Source: an uncultured Phycisphaerae bacterium
GTDB taxonomy: Bacteria; Planctomycetota; Phycisphaerae; UBA1845; JANYLN01
Assembly: GCA_963767465.1 (NCBI GenBank)
Contig: CAVYDW010000001.1
Location: 1,474,931 to 1,538,930, forward strand
Direction: 5' to 3'
Length of the DNA: 64,000 bases
The position numbers and the translations under genes were made by a program. The notes beneath the pieces were generated by a model. That model was not told the origin of the DNA. It did not search any database and worked only from the letters and a program-made list of their open reading frames with translations. Below are positions 54,098 through 64,000 of this stretch, one piece after another (the stretch's first letter is position 1; every line of letters begins with the position of its first letter).

Positions 54098-54958
54098 TAT
54101 GACGTTCGTGCCCATGCGCGACCTGTTGGAAAAGGCCCTGGCCGGCGGATACGCCGTGCCGTCGTTCGAGTGCTGGAATGCCGAGATGATCATCACCGTC
54201 CTGGGCGTCGCCAAGCGGCTGGATGCCCCGGTCATCCTCATGAACGGTTCAGCCGGTTTCCCCCTGGTCGGCGGGCCCGGCAACTTCAGCACGATCGCCC
54301 ACGCCCTCGTGCAGGACCACGACCTCCCCGTCGCCTTGCACCTCGACCATGGCGGCTCGCTCGACCTGGTCAAGGCGTGCCTCAAGGCCCGGTTTTCCTC
54401 GGTCATGCTGGACTTCTCGCGCAAGTCCTTCGATGAGAACGCCGCCGGCATGAAACAGGTCGTCGCCTGGGCCCACCCGCTCGATGTAACGGTCGAAGGC
54501 GAGATCGGCGCGGTAGGCCGGGCGGACAACCTGTCCATCGAGGGCAGCCGCGACTCGACCCTGACCGACCCGGCTGAGGCCGGCCGCTTCGCCCGGGAGA
54601 CCGGCGTGGACTGCCTGGCTGTCTCGATCGGCAACGCCCACGGGCAGTACACGAAGCTGCCGCAGTTCGATTTCGACCGGCTGGCCCGCATCCGGGACGC
54701 CGCCAAGATCCCCCTCGTCCTGCACGGCGGCTCGGGCACACCCCAGGCCGACCTGGATAGGGCGATCTCCCTGGGCATGACCAAGGTCAACGTCGCCACC
54801 GACCTGGTCCGCGCGGTGTGGGACACTCTGGACGCCCAGAAAAAAACCGGCCGCAACCTGTGGCTGCCCATCGCCCTGGAAGAAGCGATGCGGAATGTAG
54901 CCCAACAGGTTGAGCGCTGGCTCCGCGCCACCGGCGCCGCCGGCCGTGCCCGCGCCTG
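54098..54958 (+). CDS. Class II fructose/tagatose-bisphosphate aldolase family protein
   Basis: VALHLDHGGS...VMLDFS...HGGSG, the metal-binding histidines characteristic of class II aldolases. Confidence 0.7.
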
Positions 54959-55261
54959 AAATCACAATCGCCACCTTCTCTAGCTGACGCGCCTCGCTTA
55001 CGGAACCTGCCTGCCACAGTGCCGCCGGTGCCCTCACCGGCTGTCCCATGGAGTGCGGCGGCTTCGACGCCGCTTTGGACTGCCGGGTTCCTTAGGAGGC
55101 AGACTCACCACCGTGCCGGGGAAGTGAAAGCGGTGTCGTTGCCACCGCACTCCATGCGTCTACCTACAATTGGCTAGAAGGGGGCTCATGGCCTATGGCG
55201 CCCGGCAGCGCAGGCCTGTCTGGCGCAGCCGTTCGACCAAGATCGGAAGGAGGTCCACCCG

Positions 55262-55723
55262 ATGATACGGACCACTGCGACACGCGTGCAGGAAGCGACC
55301 GACGAGACCATCGACCAGGAGATCCTCCGGACGATGGAGCAGCGGATCAGCTACTATGCCGCCCACAAGGACCAGATCAGCCAGCGCCTCTGGCAGCTCG
55401 ACCGGGAGTGGGACATGGAACGGGCGATCGGCGTGACCGCCTCCAGCCTGGGCCTGCTGGGCCTGGTGCTGGGTACCCTGCGAAGCCGCCGCTGGTTCCT
55501 GCTGCCGTTTGGGGCAACGGCTTTCCTGCTGCAGAACGCGGTCCGGGGCTGGTCCCCGCCGCTGCCGATCCTGCGGCGCTTCGGCGTGCGGACCGCCAGC
55601 CAGATCGAGCAGGAGCGTTACGCCCTGAAGATCCTCCGCGGCGACTTTCAGATAAGCGATATCGAGGGCAAGACCGACCTGGAGCGGGTGGCATCAATCG
55701 TGCAATCGGTCAGCCGGCGGTAG
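55262..55723 (+). CDS. DUF2892 (YgaP-like) membrane protein
   Basis: 153 aa; two TM helices and a GW(S/C)P-type motif region (QNAVRGWSPPLPILRRFG). Confidence 0.4.
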   Translation: MIRTTATRVQEATDETIDQEILRTMEQRISYYAAHKDQISQRLWQLDREWDMERAIGVTASSLGLLGLVLGTLRSRRWFLLPFGATAFLLQNAVRGWSPPLPILRRFGVRTASQIEQERYALKILRGDFQISDIEGKTDLERVASIVQSVSRR

Positions 55724-55842
55724 CCAGCCGAGCGCAAAACGTCGCGCCGTAGACTAGCAATTGCGTGCACTTCGTGCAAGAGGGCGCGCCGCAGCCTGCA
55801 ATTGCCTGCACTTCCCGACAGTGAGTGTTGGAAGGATGATAC

Positions 55843-55915
55843 TGCCCCCAGCGGGAATCGAACCCGCGTCGCCGGCGTGAAAAGCCGGTGTCCTAGGCCT
55901 CTAGACGATAGGGGC
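55843..55915 (-). tRNA. tRNA-Glu (anticodon UUC)
   Basis: Reverse complement GCCCCTATCGTCTAGAGGCCTAGGACACCGGCTTTTCACGCCGGCGACGCGGGTTCGATTCCCGCTGGGGGCA; 7-bp acceptor, anticodon loop TTTTCAC, T-arm GGTTCGATTCC; CCA not encoded. Confidence 0.85.
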
Positions 55916-56201
55916 AAACAACTATCTGGCCACGATTTACATAAGGTCAGCCGTCCGCCTGCCAATCCGCGTTGACGCCCGGCAAAGCTCCCGCCGGCCC
56001 TTGCAATCGCAGCCACCAGCAGGGGGCGTCGACCGCGGACGCCTAATCATAGCGAGATTGCCCGGTCCGGCAAGACGGGCGGTTCCCGCGCTGCCGGTTG
56101 TCCTGTTTGTGGCCTGATCGCGCCCGGAGCCCGTGCCGGTCTGCTGACCCCCGCCGACGCCATGCCAATACGTTTCCTGTCTACGTCGGATTTGCCACAA
56201 T

Positions 56202-56408
56202 GTGGTCCGCAAGTCGTGCTGCCGCCTAGGGCCGGTTACACTGACATTCACTTCCGGGACCTACGGCGGCCATAAGTGCACGGAGACCAACAAGTCCACC
56301 GCGCTGGGCACAGTGACACCGCTATACATGACCGAGGTCCCGGAGCCGGCCACGATGGCCCTGCTTGGCCTGGGCGGCCTGCTCATGGCTCGTCGGCGCG
56401 ACGCGTAG
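56202..56408 (+). pseudogene. Orphan PEP-CTERM sorting-signal remnant
   Basis: A 68-aa ORF ends ...VPEPATMALLGLGGLLMARRRDA (PEP motif, TM helix, basic tail) with no upstream mature domain. Confidence 0.4.
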
Positions 56409-56453
56409 GCGTTGCTGACCGGCAGGCGGCTCCGTGGTACACTCTGCCGCACC

Positions 56454-57179
56454 ATGGAACTCTATCCTTCCATCAACGTCCGTAACGGCAAGGTCGTCCG
56501 GCTGATCCAGGGCGACTACCGCCGTCAGATCGACTACGCTGATGACCCCGCGGTCGTGGCGGAGCGCTTCGCCGCCGCTGGCGCCACCTGGATGCACCTG
56601 GTCGACCTCGATGGCGCCAAGACCGGCGTGCCCGCGAACCTGCCCGTGCTGGCAGCCATCCGCGAGCGAACCGGTCTGAAGGTCCAGTTCGGCGGCGGCA
56701 TGCGGGACGAGGCGCAGATCCTCCGTGCCCTGGAGCAGGGAGCCAGCCGGGTCATCGTCGGCACCCGCGCGGTCGAGGACTGGCCCTGGTTCGAGCGGCT
56801 CCTGGCCCGGCCGGAGTTCGCCCACCGGGTCGGCCTGGGCCTGGACGCCCGCAACGGCATCGTGGCTACCAAGGGGTGGGTCGAGGCCTCGCAATTGCTG
56901 GCCAGCGACCTGGCCGGACGTGCCAGCGACCTGCCGGTGGCGGTCATCGTCTACACCGACATCAGCAAGGATGGCATGCTGCAGGGCCCGGATTTCGAGG
57001 CCACCGAGCGGCTGGCGGCGCTGACGCGGGTCCCCGTGATCGCCTCTGGGGGCGTAAGCGGCATCGAGGACATCCAGCGATTTATGGGAACGCAAGTCCA
57101 TGGTGTGATTATCGGACGTGCATACCATGACGGTCGCATCGACCTGGCTGAGGCCTTCCGGCTGGTCAGAAGACCATGA
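56454..57179 (+). CDS. hisA: Phosphoribosylformimino-5-aminoimidazole carboxamide ribotide isomerase HisA
   Basis: MELYPSINVRNGKVVRLIQGDY...VDLDGA...VQFGGGMRD...ASGGVSGIEDI. Confidence 0.85.
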   Translation: MELYPSINVRNGKVVRLIQGDYRRQIDYADDPAVVAERFAAAGATWMHLVDLDGAKTGVPANLPVLAAIRERTGLKVQFGGGMRDEAQILRALEQGASRVIVGTRAVEDWPWFERLLARPEFAHRVGLGLDARNGIVATKGWVEASQLLASDLAGRASDLPVAVIVYTDISKDGMLQGPDFEATERLAALTRVPVIASGGVSGIEDIQRFMGTQVHGVIIGRAYHDGRIDLAEAFRLVRRP

Positions 57180-57372
57180 AATCCGGCGGAGTTTACCGCG
57201 CGTCGCGTGCCGATTATGAGATTGCCGACGGGCGGAATCTTTTCAGCGGTTTTGCTGCAACGAAAGACCGGGCATAGCGTACGTCAATAGTAGGGAGTAC
57301 GTGGTCAGCCATGGATGGCTCCCGTCCGGAGCTGGGCGATCCCGCAGAACCCGTAGGGACAGGATAGACATC

Positions 57373-57963
57373 ATGAGCCGCTTTCTATTGGCGTCCAACA
57401 GCCCGCGCAGGCAGCAGCTGCTCCGCGAGGCCGGCTACGACTTCAAGGTCGTCAGCCCCCCATGGCCGGAGCCGACAGCCGAGGACGTTGGCCGGTCGGC
57501 TGCGGAGTTCGCTCAGGCGGCCAGCTACTTCAAGGCCCGCAGTGTTTCCTCGCTCAACCGAAACAGCGTGATCCTGGCGGCGGATACGGTAGTTGCCCGC
57601 GAAGGCCGGATCTTCGGCAAGCCCGTCGACCGGGAGGACGCCCGTGGCATCCTCTCGTCGCTGGCGGGCACTACCCACGAGGTCATCACCGGGGTAACGG
57701 TGCTGGACCCGCGGTCCGGCCGGCGGATCATCAGCATGGACCGCACCTGGGTGACCATGCGGCGGATGTCGCCGGTGGAGCTGGAGGAGTACCTAGAAAG
57801 CGGCGAATGGCAGGACAAGGCCGGCGCCTACGGCATCCAGGACATCGGCGACAAGTTCGTCGAGCGTCTGGACGGCAGCTTCACCAACGTCGTCGGTCTA
57901 CCCATGGAGCTGGTCACGGACCTCTTGGGCCGCTTCGGCATCCAACCGATGGCAGTGCACTAG
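57373..57963 (+). CDS. maf: Maf-family nucleoside triphosphate pyrophosphatase
   Basis: MSRFLLASNSPRRQQLLREAGYDFKV...ILAADTVV...GKP. Confidence 0.8.
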   Translation: MSRFLLASNSPRRQQLLREAGYDFKVVSPPWPEPTAEDVGRSAAEFAQAASYFKARSVSSLNRNSVILAADTVVAREGRIFGKPVDREDARGILSSLAGTTHEVITGVTVLDPRSGRRIISMDRTWVTMRRMSPVELEEYLESGEWQDKAGAYGIQDIGDKFVERLDGSFTNVVGLPMELVTDLLGRFGIQPMAVH

Positions 57964-58222
57964 TCCCACCTCATACGGACCATCCCTGTCGAATGGGCGT
58001 TGCTACGCCCTGGGGGCCGCTGTTGTAACTGACTTGCCTCTGGTATGATAGCATCCGGCGGAAGGGCCCCGGCGATCGGGCACGTTGCTGCCAGCCCGGG
58101 TCGATTTCCGGACGGAATCGCTTGAACGCCTCGGGGCCTTAGGGTATCAATGGTATTGTGGTGTGCCTGTTGGGGCAGCGTCCCGGCGAAATGGCGGCAG
58201 AGTATCTCTGCGGGGCAAGGGT

Positions 58223-58828
58223 ATGGACGTAAGGCTCATATACTTCGGTACGAACGGCCAGCGTCGGGAGATCCACCTCCACGATGGCGTCGTTTCCGTG
58301 GGGCGGGCGGAGGAGTGCCAGCTCCGCATCCCAGCCGAGACCGTTTCGCGTCGACATTGCCAGATCGAGGTCTCCGGCAAGGAGATCGTCCTGACCGACA
58401 TGGGCAGCAGCAACGGCACCCTCGTCAACGACAAGAAGGTTATCGATGACGACGTTGTGCTCCAGGCCGGCGACAAGATTACCGTCGGACCAGCCACCTT
58501 CACCCTGCTGATCGACGGCAAGCCCGGCAAGCCGAGCAAGGCCGCACAGGCCAAGCCCCCCGAGCCGACCGTCAACGCCGAGGTGGAGGAGGCCCTGTCC
58601 GGCAGCAGCCTGGCCGACGAGCCAGTCGACGCCTTCAGCATGCTCGAGGAGATCAGTGACGAGGACCTGCTGGACGGCGAGGAAGAAGACGACGACGAGA
58701 TCCCCCCACAACCCAAGACCGTTGTGATCCCCCGCAGCAAGCCCGAGGGCCAGCGCCGCGGTCCGGGCGGCGCTCCGATGCCCGAGAAGAAGGAACCGGA
58801 CAAGCCCGGCCCCAAGGGCAAGTCCTGA
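58223..58828 (+). CDS. FHA-domain protein with an acidic/Pro-rich tail
   Basis: ...VSVGRAEECQLRIPAETVSRRHCQIEVSGKEIVLTDMGSSNGTLVND is an FHA core. Confidence 0.75.
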   Translation: MDVRLIYFGTNGQRREIHLHDGVVSVGRAEECQLRIPAETVSRRHCQIEVSGKEIVLTDMGSSNGTLVNDKKVIDDDVVLQAGDKITVGPATFTLLIDGKPGKPSKAAQAKPPEPTVNAEVEEALSGSSLADEPVDAFSMLEEISDEDLLDGEEEDDDEIPPQPKTVVIPRSKPEGQRRGPGGAPMPEKKEPDKPGPKGKS

Positions 58829-58914
58829 CACAGGGCGGGCCGCCGCTACCAGGGCCGTTGAAGTTGTCGTTCACGAGCCCGAAGCGTCAGCGAGGGTTTC
58901 CGTAGCCGTTACCG

Positions 58915-60342
58915 TTACCGGTCCTTTTCGCGAGCCTGCTCCGCCGCCAACCGATACGCGCCCACCCGACGTTCCGTCCATACATACGTCCGCGGCGCGA
59001 CCTCCTTGCCTGCAGCCTCGCGTAGCTGCAGGTCGAGGATGAGGGGCTTCTCTTTCCCGGCTGGCGCCTCGGCGATGATCGCTCCGCTGGGCGCGATCGC
59101 CGTCGGCCGATCCCCCGGCGCCGCGATGACGAATACCCAGTTCTCGATCGCCCGGACCCGCAGCGTTGGCACGGCCACGTCTGAACCGACCACCGCCAGC
59201 ACCTGTGCTCCATCGAGCGCCAGCAGCCGGGGCCAGACGAACGACCGTGCCTGCCGATCTGTCATCAACCCCACCCGCGCGCCAGCGACCACCCGCACCT
59301 GCGACGAGTCCCGGCTGAACGGATGGACAGTCCAAACGCCGCCCGTTTCGCCTGGTGCGGCGACGTTGCCGTCTTCCTCCAGGTGGAACATCACCCGCAC
59401 GCCATGGCCAGACAGGAGCGCTTCGATCTGTTTCACCGACTGCCGTGCAGGCTCCGATCCCAGGATCGCCACGCGGAGCGGGACGGCATCCGCGGGCGGC
59501 AGCACGGGCTCGCGCGGGTCCAGCAACTGCTTCACCGTTGCCTCCGGCAGGATCAGCCGCCTGGGCTCGGCACGCAGCCGCGCCACCAGCAGCGCCGGCT
59601 GATCGGCGGGCGCTTCGGCAAGTACCTCGCCGTCGGCCGCGACGATCAGGCTCATCCCGCAGAACCGCGCCTGCTCGCACTCCTGGCCGAACTTGTTCGC
59701 GCAGACGATCGGCAGACCGAACTCCAGCGCCCGGGCCTGGATCAGGAAGTCCGGCTGGGGGTTGTAGTACTCGCCCGTTCCGGTTGCGGCGTTGACCCAG
59801 GCGGTGGGCATGGCCAGCAGGGCCGCTCCTTGTGCCGCGTGCGAGGCGAAGACCTCCGGGCTGCGACCCTCCGCACAGATGAGCATGCCGACGCGGCCAA
59901 GGCTGCATTCCACCGGTCGCACCGGCCCGCCCGGCTCATACCAGTCGTGCTCGGCATCCCACAGGAAGGTCTTGTCGTGCCGGCCAAGGACCCGGCCCGA
60001 GGCGTCCGCCAGCACGGCTGCATCGTGCAGGACGCCGTCCTTCCGTTGATGGACGATCCCTGCTACGATGGCGATACGGTGCCGCCGCGCAAGGTCGCCC
60101 AAGGGTCCGACCAGGGCTTGACCGCGCAGCACGTCCGCCTGGAGGTAGCGGTCCTTCGTCCCCAGCCAGTACGCCGGGTAGCAGCATTCCGGCAGCACGA
60201 CGAGATCCGCTCCGGCCAGCGACGCCCGGGCAATCGCCTGCTCGATGTCGGCCAGCGCCTGGCGGGCCTGCTCCAGGGGTCTAGCGGGCAGCTGGGCAGC
60301 GGCGACGGTGATGATGCGCGTTTCGATGCTCATATGCGCCAT
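58915..60342 (-). CDS. Carbon-nitrogen hydrolase (nitrilase superfamily) protein, apparently tandem CN-hydrolase domains
   Basis: ITVAAAQL...LVVLPECCYPAY (Glu), ...HDKTFLWD (Lys), ...MLICAEG (Cys) triad in the first half. Second half has similar but degenerate architecture. Confidence 0.6.
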   Translation of the reverse strand: MAHMSIETRIITVAAAQLPARPLEQARQALADIEQAIARASLAGADLVVLPECCYPAYWLGTKDRYLQADVLRGQALVGPLGDLARRHRIAIVAGIVHQRKDGVLHDAAVLADASGRVLGRHDKTFLWDAEHDWYEPGGPVRPVECSLGRVGMLICAEGRSPEVFASHAAQGAALLAMPTAWVNAATGTGEYYNPQPDFLIQARALEFGLPIVCANKFGQECEQARFCGMSLIVAADGEVLAEAPADQPALLVARLRAEPRRLILPEATVKQLLDPREPVLPPADAVPLRVAILGSEPARQSVKQIEALLSGHGVRVMFHLEEDGNVAAPGETGGVWTVHPFSRDSSQVRVVAGARVGLMTDRQARSFVWPRLLALDGAQVLAVVGSDVAVPTLRVRAIENWVFVIAAPGDRPTAIAPSGAIIAEAPAGKEKPLILDLQLREAAGKEVAPRTYVWTERRVGAYRLAAEQAREKDR

Positions 60343-60436
60343 GATGGTAGGGGTCGCCGGGCCGCGTTGCAACCGGATGGGCCTCGTTCTAAAATCACGC
60401 AAACGGGGCAGCCGCCGCCCGTCCGAGGAAACCGCG

Positions 60437-60724
60437 ATGCAGCGACTTCTTGCGACCGTCCTGGCCGATGCGATCCTGGCGGCTCCGCTGCCGCCGGAGG
60501 TCCGCCGCGCCTACCGACTGCTCCTGCTGATCAGCGGGGTCCTGGTGGGGGTCTTCGCGATGACGATCCTGCTGGTCCGCATCCTCCGCCAGTATCGGCA
60601 GACCTACATGACGCCGCCTCGCAAACCCACACCCAACAGCAACGTCTGGCAGCAGCACCGTCTGCCCGAAGACTGGGACAAGGGGATCGAGCCGCCCGGC
60701 GACGGCCAGAAGGACAAGCAGTAG
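60437..60724 (+). CDS. Small hypothetical membrane protein
   Basis: 95 aa; MQRLLATVLADAILAAPLPPEV...LLLLISGVLVGVFAMTILLVRIL. Confidence 0.3.
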   Translation: MQRLLATVLADAILAAPLPPEVRRAYRLLLLISGVLVGVFAMTILLVRILRQYRQTYMTPPRKPTPNSNVWQQHRLPEDWDKGIEPPGDGQKDKQ

Positions 60725-60804
60725 GCCGACGGGTCCTATCGCCGCTGGCGGCACTTGCCGACGAAGAACGCAACCGGATCTGCCGGGATCCTGCGCAGCC
60801 AGCA

Positions 60805-63407
<2,603 letters not shown>

Positions 63408-63411
<4 letters not shown>

Positions 63412-63770
63412 GGCTGGCTCCGATCGCTGGATTTGGGCAGGTCGATCCAGAGGATACCATCCTTGTAATGGGCGGCAATGTCCTGGGCCGTCACGTCGCC
63501 GGGCAGGTCGAGTTCGCGGCAGAACGCCCCGTGCTCGATCTCCATGTGGTGCATCCGCAGTTGCTCGCCGGGGGTAGCGGGGCCGGGAACGGCCCGCTGG
63601 CCTCGAACAAACAGGTGCCCCTCCTGGACCTGCACGTCGATGTCCTCGCGTCGCATGCCAGCCAGGTCGACGGCCACGTGGTAGGCGTTGGCCGACTCGC
63701 AGATATTGATGCTCGGTTCCCACTGTGCGGCGGCACAATACCGCCAGAAGCTGCCTTGCGACTGGTCCAT
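63408..63770 (-). CDS. Hsp20/alpha-crystallin small heat-shock protein
   Basis: AYHVAVDLAGMRREDIDVQVQEGHLFVRGQRA... alpha-crystallin domain; its TGA stop overlaps the lon ATG (ATGA). Confidence 0.7.
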
Positions 63771-64000
63771 CGTCGAATCCTTCCGGATGCAGAGGGCGAA
63801 TCCGAAACGGCCACTACGTATCCAATATGACGCGGCCCAAGGGGTTCGGCAAGGTCCGCTGCGCCCCGGGGCCACTGGAAGCGTAGGCGGTTGATGGAGT
63901 GGGGTAAAGCGCTGCCGCGACAAGGTGAGACAGCAACAGCAAATTCACCGCAGAGGTGCAGGGGGCCTACCGGGCCGTTGGCTGGGCTGGCGCGTACCTC

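Overview
High-GC (~68%) bacterial chromosomal window, gene content consistent with Planctomycetota-like lineage (tentative), carrying 60+ genes: an hdrCBA-mvhD-flx redox cluster, a thiFGHS thiamine cluster, a cbiMQO ECF transporter, a dnaX-ybaB-recR-rpoN block and an hsp20-lon pair. Mobile or atypical DNA includes a complete ISKra4-like IS element with target-site duplication, a group II intron with an intron-encoded reverse transcriptase, and a low-GC orphan membrane-protein gene next to the flotillin/nfeD operon. Several families of short dispersed palindromic repeats fill the intergenic regions. Many genes, including essential ones (dnaX, rpoN, lon, recR, hisH, thiH, hdrA), need one or more frameshifts to be read through. 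This most likely reflects indel errors in the assembly, so gene spans are given as reconstructed full-length loci rather than as the fragmented ORFs. All calls rest on reading the translations and the DNA directly; no database search was run. I did not find a single clearly novel multi-gene system; the strongest unexplained candidates are the low-GC orphan gene and the 41.6–44.8 kb island of frameshifted hypotheticals.
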